Below, piece by piece: positions 17,612 through 26,717 of a DNA stretch of 51,749 nt. The notes beneath the pieces were generated by a model, which was given only the letters and a program-made list of their open reading frames with translations, did not search any database and was not told the DNA's origin. The stretch is from Acidimicrobiia bacterium (GTDB taxonomy: Bacteria > Actinomycetota > Acidimicrobiia > Spongiisociales > ZC4RG35). The DNA lies in the NCBI GenBank assembly GCA_025922945.1, contig JAICGW010000003.1, forward strand, positions 1 through 51,749. Reading direction: 5' to 3'. The translations under genes and the position numbers were made by a program. How positions within the stretch are numbered: the first letter of the stretch is position 1; every line of letters starts with the position of its first letter.

Positions 17612-18748
17612 TTGATCACCAGTCTCGACGAACCCTCGGCCGTCGATCCCGAACGAGTCGGCGCCAAGGCAGCGACGTTGGCCGCCGCCCGCCATGATGG
17701 ACTTCCGGTCCTCCCCGGGTTCGTCGTGGAGTCGTCCGCATCTCGACACCACCTGCAGCTCGGAGCATCGGTCCTGCCGGTGCGAGGTTCGGGTGGCGCC
17801 CGGCTGGCGGTGAGCTCGGAGCCCCTCGACGCCGCGGATCGAATCGTGGAGGCTGGGAGGGAGCTGTCGGCCACCCTGGCGGTCCGCTCCTCCAGTCCCC
17901 TCGAGTCGAGCGGGTACTGGGCCGGGGCCTTCACCTCTTATATAGGCATCACTCCCGAGGAGCTGCCCAAGGCGGTCGCCGGCTGCTGGGCCTCCGCCTT
18001 CTCCGTCGACGCCCTCGCCCGCCAGACCCACATTGGAATCGAACCCGGCACTGTGCCGATGGCGGTTCTGGTGCAGCCCGCGATCGATTTTGAGGTGGGG
18101 GGAGTCGCCGAGGTGTCCGCTGATGGGAGCCTTCGGGTTGAGGCATTGGCGGGATCTCCGGCTGGGTTGCTCCAGGGATGGGATCGGGGAGTGGTCGCCA
18201 CCAAGGGGGAGCGATGGGAGGGAGTCGAGGCCATCGCTCTCATCGGGGCCGAGACACTCAACGAGCTCGGGAAGATGCTCGAAATCGCCTGCGCGCGATA
18301 TGGCTATGACCGCTGCGAATGGGGCGTCGCCTCTTCGTTATGGATCCTTCAGCTACAGAAGATGGAAAAACGCGAACCAAGCGCCTGGGAGTCCACGCAG
18401 CTCGCGGCAATCGTTGCCCAGGGAGATCGACACCAGGGCATGCCCGTGGCGGCCGGGATCGGTATCGGCCCCCGGCATCATGTCGATGGAGCAGACCCGC
18501 AGGCGCCGCCAGTGGGCGCGGTGGTCACCGCCTCGTCGGCCCCACCGAGCTTGTCTCAACTGATCTGGGCCGCCGCCGGCCTCGTCACCGACCGCGGCAG
18601 CCCGGCCGCTCATGTGTTCGAGGCGGCGAGGTCGCTTGGTGTGCCGGCGGTGTGCGGTGTAGATCTCGGACCCGATGCCGATCAGATCGTCGCCGTCGAC
18701 GGTTACTCGGGCGTGGTGGCAACTCTTCCCGCTCAGCCGATCCCGTAG
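17612..18748 (+). CDS. Minimal PEP-synthase/PPDK-like phosphotransferase (ATP-grasp plus phosphohistidine domain)
   Basis: VGAKAATL, GLPVLPGF, LAVRSSS, MAVLVQP; C-terminal GLVTDRGSPAAHVFEAARSLGVPAV and VDGYSG. Start taken as TTG 17612. Confidence 0.75.
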   Translation: MITSLDEPSAVDPERVGAKAATLAAARHDGLPVLPGFVVESSASRHHLQLGASVLPVRGSGGARLAVSSEPLDAADRIVEAGRELSATLAVRSSSPLESSGYWAGAFTSYIGITPEELPKAVAGCWASAFSVDALARQTHIGIEPGTVPMAVLVQPAIDFEVGGVAEVSADGSLRVEALAGSPAGLLQGWDRGVVATKGERWEGVEAIALIGAETLNELGKMLEIACARYGYDRCEWGVASSLWILQLQKMEKREPSAWESTQLAAIVAQGDRHQGMPVAAGIGIGPRHHVDGADPQAPPVGAVVTASSAPPSLSQLIWAAAGLVTDRGSPAAHVFEAARSLGVPAVCGVDLGPDADQIVAVDGYSGVVATLPAQPIP

Positions 18749-19731
18749 AGCCGGGCGGCGTTGCCCCCGGAAATGGCGGCCCGGTCGTCATCGCTGAGAC
18801 CCTCGGTGGCCGCAACCAAACCCAGGGGATCGGTCTCGCTCATGTCGAAGGGATAGTCAGTGCCGAGGAGGACGTGGTCGGCTGCCACCACGTCGACCAG
18901 GTGGCGCAGATAGAGCGGCTGGAAGACGACGGTATCGAAGAAGAGCATCCGCATGTAATGACTGGGTGGTCGCTCCGGGATGCGGGTCCTGGTCTCGGGG
19001 CGCACCTCCCAGGTGTGGTCGGCCCGGGACGCGTAGAAGGGCAGATAACCACCCCCGTGGAGCAAGACCAGCTTGATCCCCGGATGCTCCTCGAATAGCC
19101 CGCTGAAGATCAGCCGGGTGGCGGCCACCATCGTCTCCAACGGATTGCCGATGCAATTGACCAGGAAATAGTCCCCGAGGCGCTGGCTTTCCGGATATCC
19201 ATTCGGGTGGAGGATGACCGGGATGCTCTTGGCCTCCACCGCCGCCCAGAACGGTCGGAAGCGGGGCTCGTCGAGGTTGGCGCCGTCGACCGTCCCTCCG
19301 ATTTGGAGTCCCTTGAACCCGAGCTGGTCGACCGCTCGGTCCATCTCGGCGATTGCCAGGTCGATGTCCTGCAGAGGCACGGTCGCCCCTAAGGCGACGA
19401 ACCGGTCCGGGTAACTGGCCACCGCCGCCGCCAGATTGTCGTTCTGGACCCGGGCCGACTCCGCCCCGATGCGTGCCGGCGCCCAGTAGAAGTACTCGGA
19501 AACGAAGGTGGAAAGGCCCTGGAGGTCGATGCCCATCCGGTCCATTGCCGCGAGCCGCACCGCCGGGTCAGTGAGAGCGGGAAGGATGCCGCCCACCATG
19601 GTGACGTTGTGGGCCACCGAGTCGGCGCCCATAAAATAGTCGTAGGGCTCGTGCTCGGGGCGGCGATGGGGCTCGACCGCCGTCCTGCTCGCCGGAGTGG
19701 CGAGATGGCTGTGGATGTCGATGGTGGTCAT
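18733..19731 (-). CDS. Amidohydrolase_2 family (ACMSD/LigW-like) enzyme
   Basis: IDIHSH, ILHP, HGGGYLP, FDTVV, LLGTDYPFDM. The 5' part of the 700-aa ORF is an antisense shadow. Confidence 0.88.
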   Translation of the reverse strand: MTTIDIHSHLATPASRTAVEPHRRPEHEPYDYFMGADSVAHNVTMVGGILPALTDPAVRLAAMDRMGIDLQGLSTFVSEYFYWAPARIGAESARVQNDNLAAAVASYPDRFVALGATVPLQDIDLAIAEMDRAVDQLGFKGLQIGGTVDGANLDEPRFRPFWAAVEAKSIPVILHPNGYPESQRLGDYFLVNCIGNPLETMVAATRLIFSGLFEEHPGIKLVLLHGGGYLPFYASRADHTWEVRPETRTRIPERPPSHYMRMLFFDTVVFQPLYLRHLVDVVAADHVLLGTDYPFDMSETDPLGLVAATEGLSDDDRAAISGGNAARLYGIG

Positions 19732-19794
19732 GGGCTCGAGCGGTGTGGGCACGTTAACGATGGTTATCGTCGGCTCCCTGGTCGGGAGATTGCA

Positions 19795-20676
19795 TTGAGA
19801 GTCGGCTTCATTGGACTCGGTGACATGGGTCAGGGGATCGTCCCCCGGTTGCTCGCTGCCGGCCACGAGGTCACCGGCTGGAACCGCACCGAGCCCAAGG
19901 CCCGCCCTCTGTTGGAACAGGGGATGACCTGGGCCGGCACACCCCGGGAAGTGGCGGCCGCATCCGAAGTGGTCTTCTCGATCGTCACCGACGGAGCGGC
20001 GGTGCGCGCAGTGGCGCTCGGGGACGATGGAGTGATCGCTGGCCTCAACTCGAGCTCGGTCTACCTCGACATGAGCACGATCGACCCGGAGGTGAGCCGG
20101 TCGATCAGCCGGGAGTTCGCGGCTGCCGGCTTGATCATGCTCGACGCCCCCATCTCGGGGAGCCCCGTCACTCTGGCCCAGGGCAGCGCCTCGACCATGG
20201 TCGGGGGCGACCGCGCCGCCTTCGAGCGGGTGGAGCCGCTGCTCTACGACATCGGCTCCAAGGTGAGCTACATCGGTGGGCCCGGAACCGCGGTCCAGAT
20301 GAAGGTGGCGGTCAACCTCACCCTGATCGTGGAGATGGTCGCCTTCTGCGAGTCGGTAGCACTGGCGGAGAGGGGTGGTGTCGCCCGCGAGGTCGCCGTC
20401 GACGCCATGTTGAAAAGCGTCGTGGCCTCGCCGGTGATGGGGTATCGGGGTCCCTTCATATTGGAGGGCGGGATGCCGGAGAAGCCGCTGGCCGATGTGA
20501 CCCTGCAGCAGAAGGACATGATCCTTGCTCTGGAGGTGGCCCGGCGGCAGGGCTCGCCGGCACCGCTGGCGGCCGTGGCCAACGAGCTGCTCAACGCTTG
20601 CCGCGGTCGTGGCATCGACCACCGCGACTTCGTCACGGTCTTTGACGTCTACCACCTGCTCAGCGGGATGTCGTGA
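19795..20676 (+). CDS. NAD(P)-dependent 3-hydroxyisobutyrate dehydrogenase family oxidoreductase
   Basis: VGFIGLGDMG, DMSTI, DAPISGS, MKVAVN, QKDM; TTG start at 19795. Confidence 0.9.
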   Translation: MRVGFIGLGDMGQGIVPRLLAAGHEVTGWNRTEPKARPLLEQGMTWAGTPREVAAASEVVFSIVTDGAAVRAVALGDDGVIAGLNSSSVYLDMSTIDPEVSRSISREFAAAGLIMLDAPISGSPVTLAQGSASTMVGGDRAAFERVEPLLYDIGSKVSYIGGPGTAVQMKVAVNLTLIVEMVAFCESVALAERGGVAREVAVDAMLKSVVASPVMGYRGPFILEGGMPEKPLADVTLQQKDMILALEVARRQGSPAPLAAVANELLNACRGRGIDHRDFVTVFDVYHLLSGMS

Positions 20677-21071
20677 TGGAGCCCTACCGCACCCGGCTCG
20701 AGGACGTTCCCCTGGTGAGCGGGCTTCGTCGGGACGAAGGCTGGGTAGACATGCAAGTCCAGTTCCTGGTGGACAAGCACGCCGCCGGCTCCGACGATTT
20801 TCTGCTCGGCTGGACCGTGCTGCCACCGCGAGCACGGCACGAACGCCATCGCCACCAACGAGCCGACGAGTTTTTCGTTGTCCTCCAGGGGGCGGGCATG
20901 GTGTACACGGACGCCGGTCGAGAGCGGGCGGAGAAGGGGGATGTGGTCTTCACCCCGCGGGGTCACTGGCACGGTTTTGACAACACCGGCTCTGAGGATG
21001 TTGTCCTGGTCTGGGGCTGGAGTGGGGCCGGGTCGCTCGAGGACGCCGGTTACGAAGCGGAAACCATGTGA
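20676..21071 (+). CDS. Cupin domain protein
   Basis: HERHRHQRADEFF and PRGHWH metal-site motifs. Confidence 0.85.
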   Translation: MEPYRTRLEDVPLVSGLRRDEGWVDMQVQFLVDKHAAGSDDFLLGWTVLPPRARHERHRHQRADEFFVVLQGAGMVYTDAGRERAEKGDVVFTPRGHWHGFDNTGSEDVVLVWGWSGAGSLEDAGYEAETM

Positions 21072-21754
21072 CGGTCTGGGACGACGCCTCCGTGCTGGAA
21101 GGCACCCGACGGATGCTGGATCGACGTGCGCGCCTCATCGAGGATGGTGAGCGTATGATCGGCTGGAAGCTTGCCTTCGGAGCTCCCGAGCGGCTTCGAC
21201 AATTCGGGCTCACCGGTCCGCTGGTCGGGTTCCTGGCGGAATCGAACGCAAAGTCGTCGGGGGCGGCGGTGTCCTGTCAAGGCTGGGTCCACCCGGTGGC
21301 CGAGCCCGAGATCGCCGTCTACCTGGGAAAGGACGTCGACGAGCCGGACCGAGTGGCGGAGTCGATCTCGGGTCTGGGGGCGGCGATCGAACTGGCTGAC
21401 GTCGACCCCCCACCGGAGGACCTCGGAGCTGTCCTCGAAGGCAACATCTTCCATCGAGCGGTGATCCTCGATCAGCCTGCCCATTCGCGTGCCGGTGGCA
21501 GCGTTGCCGGGATGCGAGCCCGGATCGCAAACAACGGAACCGAGATCGCCGACACCGCGGATCTCGAGGCATTGACCGGCAACCTGGTCTCCATCCTCGG
21601 CCATACCTCACGGCTGCTGCAATCGGCAGGCGCCCGGCTCCGAGCGGGGGAGGTGGTAATCGCGGGCTCGATCGTTCCGCCGATTCCGGTGCGACCAGGA
21701 GACGAGATCACATTCGAACTCGTCCCGCTGTCCCCGATCTCGGTGACCGTTTAG
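21068..21754 (+). CDS. 2-keto-4-pentenoate hydratase (MhpD)-like FAH-fold protein
   Basis: GWKLAF, AEPEIA, AAIELAD, LRAGEVVIAGS. Confidence 0.8.
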   Translation: MTVWDDASVLEGTRRMLDRRARLIEDGERMIGWKLAFGAPERLRQFGLTGPLVGFLAESNAKSSGAAVSCQGWVHPVAEPEIAVYLGKDVDEPDRVAESISGLGAAIELADVDPPPEDLGAVLEGNIFHRAVILDQPAHSRAGGSVAGMRARIANNGTEIADTADLEALTGNLVSILGHTSRLLQSAGARLRAGEVVIAGSIVPPIPVRPGDEITFELVPLSPISVTV

Positions 21755-22197
21755 AAACCCAGCGCGGGGTGGGTTGAGGTCGTCGCATCCCAGGCGGGTG
21801 CGCCGGTCTCGCTGATGTGGGGCCGATCGGCGGCGGTGACCCAGAATCCGACCAACGACGCCGGGATCTCGGGATGCGGGTTGAATGCCCGATGGACCAC
21901 CCCGATCGGTTCGGTGTAGACGTCGCCCGCCGAGTAGTGCTCGCTCCGTCCGTCGTACTGGAGAGAGATGAGGCCGCGCAGCAGGACGAAGTAGACGACA
22001 CCGTTGTGGATGTGCCAGGTCGCGGTCCCTCTTGGGTTGAGCTCCGAGAGCTGGATGTTGATCCGTGACTCTGGGTCGCGGGGGAGGCGGGTTTCGATTT
22101 CATCGAGGAGAACCTGACGTACGTGGTTGTCGCCCTCAGGTACCAGCCCGGTGGTTTGGAGCGCGAGTGTGGCGGGGTCGACGGTGAATCCGGTCAT
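21751..22197 (-). CDS. Cupin domain protein
   Basis: WHIHNG and AGDVYTEPIGVVH. Confidence 0.8.
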   Translation of the reverse strand: MTGFTVDPATLALQTTGLVPEGDNHVRQVLLDEIETRLPRDPESRINIQLSELNPRGTATWHIHNGVVYFVLLRGLISLQYDGRSEHYSAGDVYTEPIGVVHRAFNPHPEIPASLVGFWVTAADRPHISETGAPAWDATTSTHPALGF

Positions 22198-22331
22198 GTC
22201 ATGCTCCTCCTAGAGCCTCGGACGCTTACGTGGCCCAGATCAGGTGATCGTTGCAGACTCCCTGCTCGGTGGCCGTGACACGCCTCTGGCCCCTCGGGCC
22301 TCCGAGGCCCGAGCCCTGACATACTGAAGAT

Positions 22332-22682
22332 GTGCGGATCCGAACCGCCTTGGCCCTCGCTCTCGCGGTTGTCTCCTGCTTCGGAGACCCGCCACCGGAT
22401 GCCGAGGATCTGCCGCTCGAGATCGTGGTGCACCCCGACGAGTGTCTGATCAACTACCCCCAAGTCGGTCCCGGCATCCATGAGGTGACGGTCATTTTCG
22501 AGGGCACCATCGGTTCGGTGCGCATCGTCGGGGAAGGCGAAACCGTGTTCGCGAATGACACCAGGACCAGTGGTAGCGCCGAGCTCGTCGTGGGCGATTA
22601 TCAGGTTGTGTGCGAGGCCAACGGTGTCACCAGGCAGATTGCGCTGTCCGTACGCGAGGGCCTTCCGCCCGGCGGAGGCTGA
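22332..22682 (+). CDS. Small lipoprotein, possibly cupredoxin/EfeO-N-like
   Basis: Lipobox LAVVSC; beta-rich body ending GDYQVVC. Confidence 0.6.
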   Translation: MRIRTALALALAVVSCFGDPPPDAEDLPLEIVVHPDECLINYPQVGPGIHEVTVIFEGTIGSVRIVGEGETVFANDTRTSGSAELVVGDYQVVCEANGVTRQIALSVREGLPPGGG

Positions 22683-22792
22683 ACGACGCTCCCGACGACG
22701 TTCCGTTCAACCGCAGGGTTTTCCAAAATCTCTGTCGCGATCCCAGCGGGTACATTGCGAGGGAGTTTCAGCGAGAGATGGAGGCGGCGTCG

Positions 22793-23290
22793 ATGAAGGC
22801 CGAAGTGATATCTGAGACCGCCAAGCTGTGGGAGGCCGAACCGGACAAGGCCAGGGGAACGCCCACGGTGAGGGCGCGTTCGGAGGGCGCTCTCGCAGTG
22901 ATGGAGGCCGGAACATTCTCCTGGCAGGCCGACCTTCCGTCCCCCCTCGGTGGGTCGAACCAGGCCCCCAGCCCCACGGCCCTCCTGCTGAGCGCTCTGG
23001 CAGGCTGTGCGGTGGTGTTCATCCGCGACACCCTTGGTCCCCAGCTGGGCGTGAGCATCGAGAGCGTCGAGGCGACTGCCTCATGTGAAGCCGACAGCCG
23101 GGGGCTGCTGGGCATGGAGGGGGCCGAACCCGACCTAGGGAACATCGGAATCGATATCCGAGTGGTTTCTCCGGATGGCGAGGACGGGGTCAACCGGGTT
23201 ATGGCCGCCTGGCAGGAGCGCTGCCCGATCTACCTATCCCTCATCAAGCCGATGGTCGTGAGGGTCGACTACGGCCTGGGGAACGCCTAG
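22793..23290 (+). CDS. OsmC/Ohr family protein
   Basis: ADLPSPLGG...PSPTALLLSALAGC...RCPI (two Cys); RBS GGAGG before ATG 22793. Confidence 0.85.
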   Translation: MKAEVISETAKLWEAEPDKARGTPTVRARSEGALAVMEAGTFSWQADLPSPLGGSNQAPSPTALLLSALAGCAVVFIRDTLGPQLGVSIESVEATASCEADSRGLLGMEGAEPDLGNIGIDIRVVSPDGEDGVNRVMAAWQERCPIYLSLIKPMVVRVDYGLGNA

Positions 23291-23427
23291 GGAGAAGGCA
23301 GTCGCGGGGCGAGCTGAGGTCAACCTGAGGTGGCGGTCGTCAACGCTGTCCCATCGGAGATTGAAGGGGGACTGAACGATCCGGGAAGACCCGCTCGCGC
23401 CTTGATAGCCGGGTAGCTTCGGAGGCG

Positions 23428-24648
23428 ATGAGTTATCCGACGGCCACGGCCGCGGCACGGGCCGGGGTGAACAAGGATTCATTGAGTCGTTACCGCGACC
23501 TGGGTCTCGTCGGCACGAAGGGCGAGGATGTTTACTCCGACGTAGACATCCGTCGCATGCAGGTCTTCCAGATGTTGGAGGATGCGGGTATCCCGATCGA
23601 GGCGGTGGCCACGATGGCCGCCGAGGGTCATATGTCGCTGGACTTCATCGAGTCCGCTGGCCGGTTCGTCTTCGTACCGCTCAGTGACCGCACTTTCGGC
23701 GAGGTCAGCGCAGAATCCGGTATACCGGTGGAGACCCTGAGCGTGATCCGCGAGGCGCTTGGCGGCGGTTCCCCCCGGCCAGAGGATCGAATGGGGGAAG
23801 AAGAGTTGGCAATTGTGCCTCTGGTTGAGTTCCAGGTGTCGCTGGGGTTCCGTTCTCGGGCGATAGAACAGGCGCTTCGGGTGTATGGAGAAAGCCTGCG
23901 TCGCATGGCAGAGACAGAGGCGGAGTGGTTCAGGAGCGAGATAGTTGAACCGATGCTCGCCCGGGGTCAAACCGAGGACGATGTCGGTCGTCTCAGTGGG
24001 GAGATGTCACCTGTTCTCTCCGAGCTCTCGAACCAAGCGGTGTTAGCGATCTATCACCGACAGCAGAGACATGCCTGGTCGGTGAACATCATCGATGGGA
24101 TCGCCATGAGCCTGGAGCGGGCTGGGCTCCGTCCACGGGACGAGAGGATCCCTGCGATGTGCTTCCTCGATATCACCGGGTACACCCGGCTCACTCAAGA
24201 GCAGGGAGACCTCGCCGCCGCCGACCTTGCCGGGGAGGTCCGACGGGTCGTGGAGCGGAGGGCGGTGGCGCACGGAGGCCGGGCAGTCAAGTGGCTGGGA
24301 GATGGGGTGATGCTGCAATTCCCCGACCCGGGATCAGCCGTTGAGTCGGCAGTCAAGATGGTGGCGGCGTTAAGAGAGGCGGGCATGCCTCTGGCCCACG
24401 TGGGTGTCCACGCCGGCCCAGTGATCTTCCGTGAGGGTGACTACTACGGCCAAACGGTCAACATCGCGTCACGGATCAGCGACTTCGCCCGGCCTGGCGA
24501 GGTCCTAGTGAGCCAAGCGGTGGTCGATCTGGTCACGGGCATCCCAATAGTTTTCAGCGAGATCGGTCCTGTCGAGTTGAAGGGAGTCGGAGATGCTCTG
24601 GTGCTGTATGCGGCGAGCCGCGGCTCTCGTGAGTTGAACCAAAGCTGA
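23428..24648 (+). CDS. Class III adenylate cyclase with N-terminal MerR-like HTH and helical regulatory region
   Basis: CFLDITGYT, KWLGDG, DYYGQTVNIASRI, ELKG; N-terminal AAARAGV...LSRYRDLGLV. Confidence 0.88.
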   Translation: MSYPTATAAARAGVNKDSLSRYRDLGLVGTKGEDVYSDVDIRRMQVFQMLEDAGIPIEAVATMAAEGHMSLDFIESAGRFVFVPLSDRTFGEVSAESGIPVETLSVIREALGGGSPRPEDRMGEEELAIVPLVEFQVSLGFRSRAIEQALRVYGESLRRMAETEAEWFRSEIVEPMLARGQTEDDVGRLSGEMSPVLSELSNQAVLAIYHRQQRHAWSVNIIDGIAMSLERAGLRPRDERIPAMCFLDITGYTRLTQEQGDLAAADLAGEVRRVVERRAVAHGGRAVKWLGDGVMLQFPDPGSAVESAVKMVAALREAGMPLAHVGVHAGPVIFREGDYYGQTVNIASRISDFARPGEVLVSQAVVDLVTGIPIVFSEIGPVELKGVGDALVLYAASRGSRELNQS

Positions 24649-24934
24649 CTCCGTTTCATGCTTTGTCCGCCGGTCCGGCTCTCAGGTTAAGGACCCACTC
24701 GGCGCATAGCGTGGCCGTCAGAGATCGACATGACCATCCGCGCGATAACGGGCCAGAGATCGCGGAAGAACGTCGACCGCTCATGGCGCACCGATGTGCC
24801 GATCGGGTACGGGATATGGGCGGAACCACAACTGAATTGTTGATCTGGGACGGGAGTGTCGGTATTACTGGGGCTGGATTGCCCGGTTCAGTGGTCTTGG
24901 CCAGGACGATTACCTTTTCGTGCGGAGGTTTCTC

Positions 24935-26329
24935 TTGACTGAGGTAGATGTCGTCGTCGTTGGAGCTGGCTTGGCCGGCCTCTCTGCTGCTCGAGACTTA
25001 ACCCGGAAGGGTCTTGAAGTGGTGGTGCTAGAAGGGAGGGACAGGGTGGGGGGTCGCACCTTCGACCAGCCTCTCCGAAACGGGGTGACTGTTGAGTTCG
25101 GGGGTCAGTGGATCGGTCCTACTCAGGACGTCATCGCTTCTCTCGTAGACGAGTTGGACCTTGAGACCTTCCCGACCTATGTCCATGGTGAGGACATCAC
25201 CTTCTACGACGGCGAGGCGATTCGTCATACCAGTGAGGACTTCGGCCTACCGGAGAAGACGTCTGCAGAGGTGGTGAGCGTTTGGGAGAGGATCGAGGTG
25301 TTGGCCGAGCAGGTATCGACGGCGTCTCCATGGACTGGTCCGGAGGCTGAGACGTACGATGAAATGACTGTCGCAACCTGGTTACGGGCTCAGACCGGCG
25401 ACGAGCTGGCCCTGCGTTTCTTCGGCATGGTCGTTCCGGCAATCTTTGCAGCGGAGCCGGGGGAAATGTCGATGCTGCACTTTCTGTTTTACGTTGCCTC
25501 CGGGAACGGTCTCTCGATACTTGCCGCTACCGAAGGAGGGGCGCAGGAACGACGGGTGGTTGGAGGCGCGCAGGCGATTTCTCAGAGGCTGGCAAGAGAA
25601 CTCGGTGCGGCTGTACATCTTCGCTCCGGCGTCCATGCCATCCGTCATAGCGACTCGGAAGTCAGGGCTATCCACAACGAAGGAGAGGTCGCTGCGTCGC
25701 ACATTGTCGTCGCAATCCCTCCCACCCTCGCAGGACGCATCTCCTATGACCCTCCGCTTCCCGCACAGAGGGACAGCCTCACCCAGCAGGTCCCAGCGGG
25801 CTCGGTGATCAAAGTGAATGTCGGCTACGCAACACCGTTTTGGCGAGGTGATGGGCTGAGCGGCTTGGTGCTCGGATTGGACGACGAATTCGGGCTGGTA
25901 TTCGACAACTCGCCTCCCGACGGCACCTGTGGCGTGTTGGTCGCTTTCGCCGAGGGAGATCACTCTCGACACGTGCGAGCGATGTCAGAGCAAGACCGGA
26001 ACAGTCTCCTCATAGACACCGTGACGAGCTACTTCGGGCCGAAAGCATCCGATCCGTTCGACATCGTCGCGGTCGACTGGAGCACCGAGCAGTGGACCCG
26101 TGGCTGCTACGGCGCCCACATGGGTTCGGGAGTGTGGACCCAATACGGCCCGGCCCTGGCCGAGCCGATCGGGCGGATACATTGGGCCGGCACCGAAACC
26201 GAACAGGTGTGGAACGGCTACATGGACGGGGCAGTCCGTTCCGGCCTACGCGCCGCTGCTGAGATCGTCGACCACCAAAACGCCTCATCGAGTAGCCGCC
26301 GCTCAATACGCAGCAGGCCAAGTCTCTAA
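24935..26329 (+). CDS. Flavin-containing amine oxidase (MAO/putrescine oxidase family)
   Basis: VVVGAGLAGL, RDRVGGR, GGQWIG, WTRGCY, HWAGTET, GYMDGAVRSG; RBS GGAGG before TTG 24935. Confidence 0.9.
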   Translation: MTEVDVVVVGAGLAGLSAARDLTRKGLEVVVLEGRDRVGGRTFDQPLRNGVTVEFGGQWIGPTQDVIASLVDELDLETFPTYVHGEDITFYDGEAIRHTSEDFGLPEKTSAEVVSVWERIEVLAEQVSTASPWTGPEAETYDEMTVATWLRAQTGDELALRFFGMVVPAIFAAEPGEMSMLHFLFYVASGNGLSILAATEGGAQERRVVGGAQAISQRLARELGAAVHLRSGVHAIRHSDSEVRAIHNEGEVAASHIVVAIPPTLAGRISYDPPLPAQRDSLTQQVPAGSVIKVNVGYATPFWRGDGLSGLVLGLDDEFGLVFDNSPPDGTCGVLVAFAEGDHSRHVRAMSEQDRNSLLIDTVTSYFGPKASDPFDIVAVDWSTEQWTRGCYGAHMGSGVWTQYGPALAEPIGRIHWAGTETEQVWNGYMDGAVRSGLRAAAEIVDHQNASSSSRRSIRSRPSL

Positions 26330-26424
26330 CGAGCAACGTCCCCCGGCACTCGGCGTGGGCACCGAGCAAGAAGTGCCGATCGGGTGCGGGTTTAGATACG
26401 GCCGATACCGCTCCGGAACTGTTG

Positions 26425-26716
26425 TTATGGGCCTGCTGGCGGCGGATTGATCCGATCTGCTTCGTACGTGATCGCATGGTCGATCTGTGCTGGCAGAACT
26501 TAGAGGCCGGGGGCGTTGGTCAATGCTTCGGCTAGCGCGCTGTTGCCCGCGACATAGGTCCAGCTGAAGTCGATCACGGTGGCAACACACCAAACTCAAT
26601 CCTCGGGCCACCAAAGATTGGCCGATTGCCAGAGTGGACCCTCACACATCGACTCACTAATGGCCCCGATGGGGCCCGACAACAGACGTAGGAGCGGGTG
26701 CGCTTATCCAGTCGTT
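26425..26716 (-). pseudogene. Decayed 3' fragment of a conserved actinobacterial hypothetical gene
   Basis: Manual translation LLSGPIGAISESMCEGPLWQSANLWWPED*VWCVATVIDFSWTYVAGNSALAEALTNAPGL*VLPAQIDHAITYEADRINPPPAGP*, with in-frame stops at 26596-26598 and 26500-26502. It resembles a QSPNLWWPxDRxWCVATEID motif recalled from actinobacterial proteins. Confidence 0.6.
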
Positions 26717-26717
26717 T

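Noticed and set aside
19732-20835. 700-aa amidohydrolase fusion ORF
   Set aside because: The extension is antisense to the dehydrogenase and cupin genes; the family motif starts at MTTIDIHSH.
24649-24934. Short ORFs between the cyclase and the amine oxidase
   Set aside because: No recognisable motifs or RBS; treated as intergenic.
22332-26716. Mobile element or defence island
   Set aside because: No integrase, transposase, terminal repeats or recognisable defence genes; the cyclases are class III, not CD-NTases, and no Pycsar-type effector is adjacent.
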